Shown here: piece after piece, positions 23,908 through 35,200 of the stretch
Layout of the letters: the number at the start of each line of letters is the position of its first letter
How positions within the stretch are numbered: the stretch's first letter is position 1
Source of the DNA: Mobula hypostoma
Lineage: Eukaryota
Assembly: GCF_963921235.1 (NCBI RefSeq)
Contig: NC_086118.1
Location: 23,872,001 to 23,936,000, forward strand
Direction: 5' to 3'
Length of the DNA stretch: 64,000 nt
Program-made: the position numbers and the translations under genes
Notes under the pieces: model-generated
The model's input: the letters and a program-made list of their open reading frames with translations, nothing else
The model's database searches: none
What the model was told of the DNA's origin: nothing

Positions 23908-25500
23908 AAAGAACTTTATCACAGTAGATGTGAGCCCAGCTGGGCAATAGGCATTGAGGCAGCTCACCTGCTACTCTTCAGAACTGGCATGATTGTCACC
24001 CTTTCGAAGCAGGTAGGAACATCTGACTGCAGCAATGAGAGGTTGAAGATGCTTTTGAATACTCTCGCCACTTGGTTGGCACGGGCTTTCAGAGCCTCAC
24101 CAGGTACACCATTAGGGCCTTAAACCTTGCTGGGGTTCACCCTCTTGAAAGATGTTCTGACCTCAGCATCTGAGACAGAGATCACAGGGATCACCAGAAG
24201 CTGCAAGGATTCGCACAGATGTAGTTTGATTCTCCCTTTCAAAGCATGCTTAAAATATGTCGAGCTCATCTGGGAGTAAAGCGTCACAGCCATTCATGAC
24301 ATTAGGTTTTGCTTTGCAGGAAGTAACGGTCTGAAAATGTTGCCAGAGCTGACATGCATCCAATTCCATTTCTAACTTCCATCAGAATTGTCTTCTTACT
24401 CTTAAAACAGCCTTCCATAGGTTGTACCTGGACTTCTCGTATAGATCTCGATCACTGGTCTTGAATGCCACAGATCATTCAAGGTTTGATGGAGACAGCC
24501 ATGAGAGCATGGAAGAACATCTGGAGTAACTTCTGAAATGCCCGGTTTGCTGCCGCTGCTACTGTGCGATCGAGAATCTCCAGACGGAAGGCCCCAAAAT
24601 CCTCAGCTTTGCCTGCTGCTGGCAGCCGGGGCTGGGATCGAAGCGTTCGGCAGAGATGGTGCTCGGTGCTCGGTGTCGGAGTGCTGGTTGGAGCTCGAAG
24701 TTTTCGGATGACTCAGAGTCGGACTGTGGTCGGGTATGGCAGGGAGAGTTTTCTTCCTTCTCCCGTCTGTATGAGATGTGGGACTTTCGAGAGACTTTGA
24801 ACTTTTTTACCATGCTCACGGCCTGTTCTTCATCAAGTTACGGTATTGCCTGCACTGTTGTAACTATATGTTATAATTATGTGGTTTTTGTCAATTTTTC
24901 AGTCTTGGTCTATACTGTGTTTCTGTGATATCACACTGGAGGAATACTGTATCATTTCTTAATGCATGCATTACTAAATGACAATAAAAGAGGACTGCGT
25001 GTCCTCATAATTGAATTTAATCTAGCCCTAAATAGGCTATGAATCTCCTGGTTCATCCACAGTTTTTGGTTTGGGTATGTCCGCTGTGCTCTCAAAGGCG
25101 CACACTCATCCACACAGGTCTTTATGAAGTTGGTAACAACTGTGACAATTTTATTCAGATTCGAAGATGAACCCCTGGATATTGTCCACCGACTCAAAGC
25201 AGTCCTGTCAGTGCTCCTCCACCTTCCATGACCATACCATCTTTGTCCTCACCAACTGATGCTGCAGTCTTTAGTCTCTGGCTATATGCTGGCAGTAGAA
25301 ATACAGTCAGGTAATTGGACCTTCCAAGGTGTGGGTGTGGGATGGCACTGTAGGTGTTCTTGATGGAGGTAAGACAGTCGTTACGTGTGTTATATTGGTG
25401 TTAGCTGTTTGGAGACTTTTTCAAGCTGAGCTGGTTGAAATCCCCCACAATGATAAGGAAGGCATCAGGGTACACAGTTTCATGCCTGTTAATTACATTT
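23908..25500 (-). mobile_element. Rex1/Babar-like LINE, upstream segments, interrupted at 24476-25024
   Basis: CLNAYCPAGLTSTVIKFFKKLV (23782-23967 ORF) and VTNFIKTCVDECAP..YPNQKLWMN (24952-25197 ORF). Confidence 0.88.
24476..25024 (+). mobile_element. Non-coding retroposon 'family A', copy 1
   Basis: High similarity to 31018-31575(-), 42435-42725 and 46776-47370; common 3' end AATAAAA-GAGGAC..GTCCTC-ATAAT. Confidence 0.85.
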
Positions 25501-26369
25501 CTGTGTGATTATGGCCTTAGTTCGCCATTGCTCTCTGCTCATGATGAAAAGCTAGAATTTCCTCCAATTAAATATTAGGAAGAGCAGAGACATTATCCTG
25601 ACCACAATGGCTCAAATTCAAAGGCACCAATTCTATCCTCCCCATGTAAGTGTCTGATATTGATTGTTTTGCTACTTGTTTGACACCATATATACCTCCC
25701 TTTGTAATGTCATCTGTCTCTGCCCTGTACACAGTCTTCTGCAGCTGAATCCCTCATCTTTTCTTTTGTTACCGTCGGACTCAAATATTTCAGTTCCTCT
25801 CGTTGATCTTCCATTATTACTCTTCTGAATTTGTTCAAAACTTTTGTCTGATCCAACTTAGATAATATTTGAAGATGAAAATGCTTAATACTTCTCCAGG
25901 TTTTAGATTACATATTAGTAACACAAAGTCTGGCCGTTAAGACAGCTATCCTATGTTGGTGTTCATGTTCAATATAAGCTTCCACAAACTTTGATAAAAT
26001 TATTTGTATTTGTTGCAAGGTACTTTGGATGGATGTACAATTGTCCAGTAATAATTCTTTCTACAAGTCGTTCATTTTGGAACATGGAAATAAGACCTGA
26101 ATTGATACAGGGTTACAAGTTCTCATTACATGCACCAGTATAATCCTTAGATTAATGTGGGTTAGTGTGGTGAGAATTTGAGAAAGGATTCATTTATTTG
26201 ATGCTAAAGGTGGGAGCTATTTGAAAAGTAAAAGTCTCTTCAGGAAAGAATCATTCCTTGAGTTAGCAAGTGAATAAGCAACATCGTTGCAGGGCAGGAG
26301 CCATTTGAGAAAAACAAGTCTCATCAGGATTGAGTTTTATTTGAACCAATTGAAAGAAGAGAGGTGCAA

Positions 26370-29300
26370 GTCAAGTGGCCATTGTTGGAGTGGGCCAGTT
26401 TGGAGTTGGTCAAGCTTTGGCTCAACGGGTTCAGGAAGAGCAAGCTGAGGCTAAGGGTGCTGAGCTCTTGGTTATCATTTCTTTTGATTGCAGAGCATGG
26501 GATTGAGAAGTTGGTGTCAAAGGTCTAACAAGCTCAGTGAGAACAAGCTGAGTAAGTGTCCTAGGTAAGAGGAAACTCAAAGGTTTCAGGGAAAAGGCGC
26601 AGGTAAGAACAGGTAAGCTTTCTTTATTGCCTGTAAGTCCTTGGTCTTTAGTTCAGTGTAACCAGGATTGTTCAGGTGGTCAAATTCTCCTCCTGTGAGA
26701 TGTGGGATTTCAGGCTGCCTAATAGCCTCCCTGATGACTACATCTGTAGGAATTGCATCCAACTTCCGCTCCTGACTGACAAGGTCAGAGAACTGGAGCT
26801 GGAGCTGGATGTACTTAGGACCATTCAGGAGGCTGAATACCTCATAGATGAAACATTTACTGAGGTGGTCACACCAAGAGTGCAGGCTTCCGATACTAGA
26901 TGGGTGACCTTCAGGAGAAGTAAAGCGAGCAAGCAGTAGTGCAGAGTTCCCCAGTGACTATTCCCATCAGTAGCAAGTATAGTCCTTTGGCAGGCCAGTG
27001 GCACTGTGGCTAGCTCTGAGATTCAGCAGGGAAGGGTAAATTCAAGCAGAACAACAGTGATAGGAGACTTGATGGTTAGGAGATGGACAGTAGATTCGGT
27101 GGCCTCAAAAGACATGCCAGGATGGATGCCAGGGTCCAGGATGTCTCAGAGTGACTGCAAAATATTCTCAAGGGGATGAGTGAACAGCCGGATATCAGTG
27201 CACACATTGGCATCAAAGACGTAGATAGAGGTCCTGCATAGGGAGAGAAGGGAGTTAGGAAAGAGGCTGAAGAACAGATTGTTCAAGGTAGTGATCTCTG
27301 GATTACTCCCAGTGCCACATGCTAGTCAGGGCAGGAACAGGATGATAGTACAGATGAATTAGTGGCTGAAGAACTGTTGCAGGGCGCAGGGCTTCATGTT
27401 CTTGGATCATTGGAGCCTCTTCTGGGGCAGGGGCGACTGATGCAAGAGGCTCCAGTTGTGCCTTAACTGGAGGAGAACCAATATCTTGGCTGGGGAGGTT
27501 TGTTAGTGCTGCTTGGGAGTGTTGAAACTAGTTGGCAAGGGGATGTGAAGCAGAGCACCATGTAAAGAAGTGGAGGGATGGAGCAGAAGATAGATGTCAG
27601 TGCCAGTAAAACCAGACAGGAGCAAAGTTATAGATACGATAGGACAGAAAGTTTGATATGTGTGTATTTTAATGCTGGCAGTATTATGGGTAAAGGTGAT
27701 GAACTTACAGCACGGATCAGTACATGGAGCTATGATTTTGTGGCCATTACAGAGACTCAGTTGAGAGAGGAACAGGATTTGGTTCTTATTGTCCCAGGGT
27801 TTCAATGCTTTAGAAAAGATAGCGAGGGAGGTAAAAGAGTGGTGGTTGCTGGCGGGTTGGACAATGTTACAACTGAACTCGGAGGAGACATAATGGAGGG
27901 TTTGACCACTGAGTCTAAATGGGCAGAACTCAAAGGAAGGGTGCAATCACTCTGATAGGATTGTACTACAGACACCCCAATAACCACAGGGACATTAAGG
28001 AACAGGTATGCAGGCAGGTTATGGAAGGGTAGAATCAATAGGATTGTTGTCATGGGGGACATTAACTTCCCTTACATAAACTGGAACCTTCTTATTGCAA
28101 GAGGATTAGATGGGGAAGAATTTGTAGGTGCATCCAGGAGGGTTTCTTAAATCAATATGTAGATATTTCAACAAGAGAAGGGGCTGTACGCGATCTGATG
28201 TTGAGTAATGGGCCTGGCAAGGTAGCCAAACTTTCAGTCCATGAGCAGTTAGGAACTGTGACCACCAGTCCTTACATTTTAAGATAGCTATAGATAAGGA
28301 CATGTACGGGCCTTGTGGGAGAGTATTAAACTGGAGCAGGGCCAATTATGAGAGCATTAAGCAGGAACTATGGAGAGTTAATTGGGAACAGCTGTTTTTT
28401 TGGGCAAGTCCGTAGCCAACAGATGGAGGGTGTTTAAAAGCCAACTGCACAGAGTACAGGGCAGTTATGTTCCAGTCAGAAGGGAGGACAAGGATTGAAA
28501 GGTAAAAGAATCTTGGATGTTGAGGGAGGTGATGGATTTACTGAAAAAAAGAAAGGAATGCTTAGGAAGCTAGAATGAAACAGAGCCTTTGAGGATTATA
28601 AAAGAAGCCAGAAAAGAACTCAAGAAGGAAATTATGAAAGGGAGGAGCCATGAAAAGTGTTTGGCAAGTAGGGAAGCCCAAGGCATTTGATACATACATC
28701 AGGAGCAACAGGATAACTAGGGAGGGGGTGGGACCACTCAAGGGTAAAGGGAGGAACATTTGCTTGGATGTAAAGGATGTGGCTGAGGGTCTTAATACTT
28801 TACATCAGGATTTACCAAGGAGAAGGATGTGAAGGATAAGGAGATCAGAATTATATGCTTGGGCATTTTGAGGTAAAGGAGGAAGTAGTTTTGGGTCTCT
28901 TAAAGATCATTAATGTGGATAAGTGTTCAGTGCCTGATAGGATATACCTGCAGGGTATTGAGGAAGGTAAATGAAGAGATTGCTGTGGCCTTGACCAATG
29001 TCTTTGTGTCCTTTATAGCCATAGATGTGTCATGGTCCAGTCCATGAAGTCCGTATTCCGGTTCACGGTCCGGTTCACAGTTCCTTGTCCGGTTTCCCTG
29101 TTTCTTGTCCATGTCCTAGCCCAGGTCCTGCATCCTTGTCCTGTTCCTAGTACTTCAGTGTCTGTGTCTTGCATTTGGGTCTACCATCAACGCCCTCCAT
29201 TGTGATAGAACAGCCCAGCCAGACTTGGACCCAGCGACACAGACACTGTCGTTTTACTCTCACCTTCCTGGTTCTCGCCTGTTCAATGCCCCCCCCCCCC

Positions 29301-30236
29301 CCACCCGCCCGCATGTCCATAGTTTGTGAAAGCCTTTTGGGTCACCAGGAGGCTCCCATGGCGGGGGGGGGGGGTGGTGGGTACTGTCATGGTCTGGTCC
29401 ATGAAGTCCGTATTCCGGTTCACGATCTGGTTCATAGTTCCTTGTCCGGTTTCCCTGTTTCTTGTCCATGTCCTAGCCCAGATCCTGCATCCTTGTCCTG
29501 TTCCTAGTACTTCAGTGTCTGTGTCTTGCACTTGGGTCTGCCATCAACGCCCCCCATTGTGACAAGATGATGTCCCAGATGACTGGAGAGTAGCTAATGC
29601 TGTTCCATTGTTCAAGAAAGAAACCAGGGATAATCCAAGAAGCTATAGACTTGGTAGAGAAGTTACTGGAGTGAATTCTTCTGGATAAGATTTATGAGCA
29701 TTTGGAAAACCATGGTCTAATTATGGAGAGCCAGCATGGCTTTGCACAGGGCAAGTGATGTCTTACTAACTTGATTGAGCTCTTGATGAGCTGACAAGAG
29801 TGCTGTGGATGTGTCAATGTGGAACTAAGTAAGGTATTTGGCAAGATCCCTCATGGGAGGCTCATCCAGAAGATTAAAGTGCATGGAATTAATGGTAAAT
29901 TGGCCATTTGGATACAGAACTGGCTTGCCCGTAGAAGTCAGAGGCTGGTGGTTGAAGGGCCTTATTCTAGCTGGAGGTCTGTGGTTAGTGGTGTTTCACA
30001 GGAATCTGTAGCGGAACCTCTGCTATTTGTGATGTATATAAATGACCTGGATGAAAATGTAGGTGAGTGGTTTAGTAAGTTGGCAGATGATATGATGATT
30101 GGTAGTGTTCTGGGTAGTGTAGGTGACTGGTAAATATCAGTTGCAGATATGGGCAGAGAAATGGCATTTATGGAGTATAACCTAGTGAAAGGCAAGACCC
30201 TTAACAGTGTTGGATCTTGGGATCCCAGTTCATAGC
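26370..30236 (+). mobile_element. Near-full-length degraded CR1 LINE (5' UTR, ORF1 zinc finger/leucine zipper/esterase, ORF2 APE endonuclease and RT)
   Basis: ORF1 SSCEMWD..LPDDYICRNCIQL..VRELELELDVLR and VIGD-type esterase motif at ~27056; endonuclease CVYFNAGSI..DEL..FVAITET; RT SKVFGKIPHGRL..WIQNWL..PLLFVMYINDL..SKLADD; many stops and frameshifts; small remnant at ~31588-31655. Confidence 0.93.
29028..29564 (+). mobile_element. Miniature non-autonomous LTR retrotransposon (TRIM-like, Gypsy/sushi-related)
   Basis: LTRs 29028-29207 and 29385-29564 (180 bp each, TGTCA..TGACA/TGATA, 10 transitions by my count); 177-bp internal region; G-rich PPT 29363-29381; TSD AGATG at 29023-29027 and 29565-29569; interrupts CR1 ORF2. 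Confidence 0.93.
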
Positions 30237-30283
30237 TGAGAGGGCGTGTGCTATATTTAGATTATGAAGACAGCAGTCCTCTT

Positions 30284-31017
30284 ATAGTCATAGTCATACT
30301 TTATTGATCCCAAGGGAAATTGGTTTTCATTACAGTTGCACCATAAATAATTAAATAGTAATAAAACAGTACATAATTAAATAGTAATATGTAAATTATG
30401 CCAGGAAATAAGTCCAGGACCAGTCTATTGGCTCAGGGTGTCTGACCCTCCAAGAGAGGAGTTGGAAAGTTTGATGGCCACAGGCAAGAATGACTTCCTA
30501 TGACGCTCTGTGCTGCATCTCGGAGGAATGAGTCTCTGGCTGAATGTACTTCTGTGCCCAACCAGTACATTATGTAGTAGATGGGAGACATTGTCCAAGA
30601 TGGCAAGCAACTTAGGCAGCATCCTCTTTTCAGACACCACCGCCAGAGGGTCCAGTTCCATCCCTACAACATCACTGGCCTTACGAATGAGTTTGTTGAT
30701 TCTGTTGGTGTCTGCTACCCTCAGCCTGCTGCCCCAGTGCACAATAGCAAACATGATCGCACTGGCCACCACGGACTCGTAGAACATCCTCAGCATCATC
30801 CAATAGATGTTAAAGGACCTCAGTCTCCTCAGGAAATAGAAACAGCTCTGACCCTTCTTGTAGACAGCCTCAGTGTTCTTTGACCAGTCCAGTTTATTGT
30901 CAATTCGTATCCCCAGGTATTTGTAATCCTCCGCCATGTCCACACTGACCCCCTGGATGGAAACAGGGGTCACTGGTGCCTTAGCCCTCCTCAGGTCCAC
31001 CACCAGCTCCTTAGTCT
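30284..31017 (-). mobile_element. Rex1/Babar-like LINE 3' fragment with (TATGAC)n tail, relatively young
   Basis: Uninterrupted 192-aa ORF 30425-31003 YKYLGIRIDNKLDWSKNT..YFLRRLRSF..FYESVVASAI..TERHRKSFLPVAIKL. Confidence 0.93.
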
Positions 31018-31575
31018 TTTAGTAATTTATGCATTAAGAAGTGATACAATATTTCCTCCGGTGTGATATCACAAAACACAGGACAGACCAAGACTGAAAA
31101 AACTAACAAAGCCACATAATTATAACATATAGTTACAACAGTGCAACAATATCATAACTTGATGAAGAACAGTCCATGAGCACAGTAAAAAGTTCAAAGT
31201 CTCTCAAATGTCCCACATCTCACACAGACGGGAGAAGGAAGAAAAACTCTCCCTGCCATGCCCGACCACAGTCTGACTCTGAGTCGTCCGAAAACTTCGA
31301 GCCTCCGATCAGCTCTCTGACACTGAGTACCAAGCACCATCTCTATCCAAGCGATTCGACCTCAATCTCGGTCACCAACAGCAGGCAAAGCCGGGGATTT
31401 GAGGCCTTCCCTCCGGAAAATTCTTGATCGCGCAGTAACAACAGCAGCGAACCTGCGTTTCAGAAATTTCTCCAGATGTTCCTCTGTGCTTTCACGTCTG
31501 TCTCCATCAAATCAGAATTGTCCACGGCCCCTATTTAATGGATATGATATCATTCTCACCGGAGGGCTGCTATCT
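31018..31575 (-). mobile_element. Non-coding retroposon 'family A', copy 2; its 3' tail is displaced to 30256-30283 by the Rex1 insertion
   Basis: Reverse-complement similarity to 24485-24975; tail ttagattatgaagacagcagtcctctt at ~30257-30283. Confidence 0.85.
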
Positions 31576-31754
31576 CTTCCTCCTGCCTATGTAGAGAACA
31601 GACAAACCTGGGTTGTGTTCTTTGGAGCAATGGAAGCTGAGGGGAGATTATTTGGTAGTTCTCAAAAAAAAAACAAAACTGCAAAGAATTTGTAGCCAAT
31701 GCTGACGCTGTAAGCATTCATTGAAACTCTTTCCATGTCCAATCTTTTTCATCA

Positions 31755-31800
31755 ATTCTGCCTGGTCTGCTGATTTCCTCCAGCATTTTGTGTGTATTCC
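31755..31800 (+). mobile_element. Penelope-derived terminal repeat fragment
   Basis: ctgcctggtctgctgatttcctccagcattttgtgtgt. Confidence 0.65.
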
Positions 31801-31954
31801 ATTAATTGAAAGCCTCCACTAATTAATACTGTCTGTGGCTGATTGTTATGATGGGAATTGTAGGCATTCAGTAGCTCCCAGATAAGTCATTCAGGATTTA
31901 TGTAGACTCACCATAGAACCCAGGCATGGTGGAATTTCACAGCATTGCACCAGA

Positions 31955-32205
31955 AGGCACACACTCAACGATTCTGGAACAGCTACTTTCCCTCTGCATC
32001 CGATTTCTAAATGGACATTGAACCCATGAGAACCACTGCACTTTTTTTCTGTTTTTGCACTATCTTTAATTTAACTAACATCTGCATATATATACTTACT
32101 GTAATTGATTTTTTTTCTATATTTATCATGTATTGCATTGTACTGTTGCTGCTAAGTTAATAAATTTCACGGCATATGCTAGTGATATTAAATCTGATTC
32201 TGAAC
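31955..32205 (+). mobile_element. Rex1/Babar-type 3' end
   Basis: cacactcaacgattctggaacagctactttccctctgc..gatattaaatctgattctga. Confidence 0.8.
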
Positions 32206-35200
32206 TCCACTTCTCCAGTGCAACAACCAAATCTAGCCTAGGACTGTAGTGCCCATTTGTTTCAATGAGTATTCCCAATGCAAGCACAAAGAAAACAGTA
32301 AGTTATTTACTCTTTATTTACTTAAGTGTCTTTAAAGTTTCATTTGTTTACTGTTTTATAAATTTTCAATAATTATGCATAGTAATCTTAATAGTTTTTA
32401 AATCTCTCTTAATAGCAGATGCATCTAAAAACACTTTGAAATATCTCCCAGTAATGATGGATGACAGGGATCGATCTGTAGCATTGCCCCTGATAAAGAC
32501 AGTCGTTGTGTTCAGAGGGTGGGGCTTCAATCCACTGATTTGCTTCCTTGTATATAAATGCTGTATATGTTACATGTTAGCTACAGAAAGTAATGCTCAT
32601 TGTTTCCACTAATGGCAACTTACAACCATTATATCAACCTGGTGGTACTCTTAAACCTTGGCTAGTGTTACAGAGTGGAAATGTGAAGAGCTGGTATTAC
32701 CTAATCAATTTTCTTTCTGTTGTATGATTTGGCTGTATCGATTTCTGTTTTGCCCCTTACTGCCACTGTAAATGACATTCACAAGACTCAGGCTGGTGTT
32801 TTCTCTGACCAGTGATAGCCCCTGAGGAAACATGGCAGGGTCACACCATCAGTGAGGATACAGCAGTATCTCATACCCTGCCAATCTTTTGTACATGCAA
32901 AGCTGTACATTTCCACCCAAAAGATGGCCTCAAAATATTTCACTTAGGGGCACTCAAAATCAAATGAATCTTATAAGAGCAAATTTGTTCTGTCAAATAT
33001 CATTACTTTAGTACATAGGAAGAGGAGCCAGCCATAAGATGTTCAAGAAGATGGAAAATTATGCTAATTTCCACATATACAATGCAGTGAAAAAATCTTT
33101 TTACCCAAAAGAATTGCCTCAAGTAATACATTACTGCATTATGTAAATCGTTATGATCTTGCATGATGTGGACCTTGTCCATCTTTCCCCACAGTGAGCG
33201 CTCCGGCATCTGCATAGAAAAGTAACAGCAGCATTAGACATGGGGTCAATGTACCTCTTAACAACAGCTCCCTAATGATATAAACAACAGGCTGGAAGTA
33301 ACTGCTTTCTCAGTCGGGAAATGGAAATTGTTCTTGTGTAATTGGAATAACAGGAAAAGGCAATTGTATAAACAATTAATTAAGACCTTCAAAGAACTGT
33401 TAAATTAACAACAACAGATTAGGATCTAAGAGCAAACCATGCATTAATAACATTGAAAAATGAATCTTTTTATGTACTTGGGAGACATTACTCATATTTT
33501 AGTATAATAGATAACCAATCATGTCTTGGAGATACTTGACTGCAACACTGGTAAAAATGCACAATTTTAGCTGTAGCTCTCTCAAGTAGACTTGATCTCC
33601 AGTATCTATCCAGACACTTGGCTTTATGGGCTCTAAGAGTAGTACTACATAAAGGCCTAATTTAAGCTAAAGTGATCACGGTAGATTCCAGAATGGTGAA
33701 TGCTGACTAAGATGCTTTCTACTAATCTTCATGACAAAATAAGTATCACTACATCAGTACATTCTACAAAAGCTGTGATCTTGTAAGTCTAATACCAAGG
33801 GTTAGGACTCTTACCTTACCGCACAGGAAGCCCATATGGAACTGCTACAACTAACCTCTTTAAAAAAAACACGCAAATTTTAGGACTCCTCCTTGAGTAA
33901 TGTCACCCATAAATTCTTCGCAACTAATCACTGAATTGCAACAAGCCATTCATTTGAATTGAGCGGAATGGCTGCACCCAAAATGTAGGCTATCCCTTTG
34001 CAACCGCAGATGCTGTCTGACTTGCTGAGTTCCTTCAGCTGGGATATGGAGCAAAACTAAACAGCATCTGCAGCCATTTTTGTGTCTCTAAGGACAAAGA
34101 TGCTAGAAGCGGGAGTAACTTGCCACATATGCAGGAGTCGGTGGATAGTAGTGCATGTCACGGCACCCAAGTTGTCTACCGTGGCTCATGTTTTCCCTCC
34201 AGAGAGCAAAGCTACAGTGGTTCCCAACAGGAAACTTGTTACCTTCTCTTAGTTTAAAAATGGGAGTCTGATGGCAAACAATAATTGTCTTTTAACGAAT
34301 ACTTTCAAAAAAAACCAGCTGGCCTACTAAACACATTTCTGCAAGTTACTTAACAGATAGCAAAGTTGGACATCTGTTTTATGTTGGTATGATAAATGTA
34401 CAGTGCTAAGTGAAGCAGTAACACAGAAATTTGTTGATATAACAACAGCACATCATGGTTACCTCATTTAAATAAGCTTGCCTATTTTTTGACGTTGCAC
34501 AGAATTATCCTCAAGGTAATCTGATGGGCAAAATTTTAGCTTTCTGGATCGCTGCCTCAGTAGAGAGAGTATGAGATACCTGTACAATGGTCTAGATAAA
34601 AGAATATTGGCACCTCCATTACCATCACAGATTGCCTGTGGTGCAATTTTAACACCTAATCGTCGCAGATGTGCAATTTACCTCAGGAATTGATCTAATT
34701 CTGCCAGGGAAATAATTCAATGTCATTCAAGTAGATGCGATATTTAAGATAATGTTTTAATTTCCTGAGTATGTAGTGGAGTTCACAAGCAATTCAGCTG
34801 CAGGCATTGCATTTGGAAGATGTCCTAATTAGCTAAAATCTGCAAACAGAATACAGCAAAGTATCATTTTCCAAAGCAGCTATATAATGAGCGGCATCGA
34901 GATGCTCACAAGTAACACAGCACCAGATGTGGGAGAATTATTAGTTTGAGCCCAGTGTGGACTGTGCTCATATTGAAACTGAGACAAGCATGTTCTCTAC
35001 AGTAACTGGGAAACTTTTATCCCCTGAAAACTTTCGATCTGCCCAAAGAAAAAGCATAGCTTCCTGGCAGAGCTCAGTTGCTGATTCAGAGCTGGTGTCA
35101 AATACCTACGTTCAGCAATATTTGTAACATAAGAATTGATGTGCAGTAAATTACAAGGTACTTCGCAAAATGGTACGTTGATTGAATAAATGCAAGGAGC

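Noticed and set aside
22625..24123. Several 80-167-aa plus-strand ORFs (Ser/Phe-rich)
   Set aside because: They are antisense to the purine-rich L1 ORF1 and to Rex1 sequence
33174..33209. 36-nt minus-strand coding micro-exon
   Set aside because: The acceptor is good but the donor (GTCCAC) is poor and the peptide is not recognised; kept only as part of a low-interest finding
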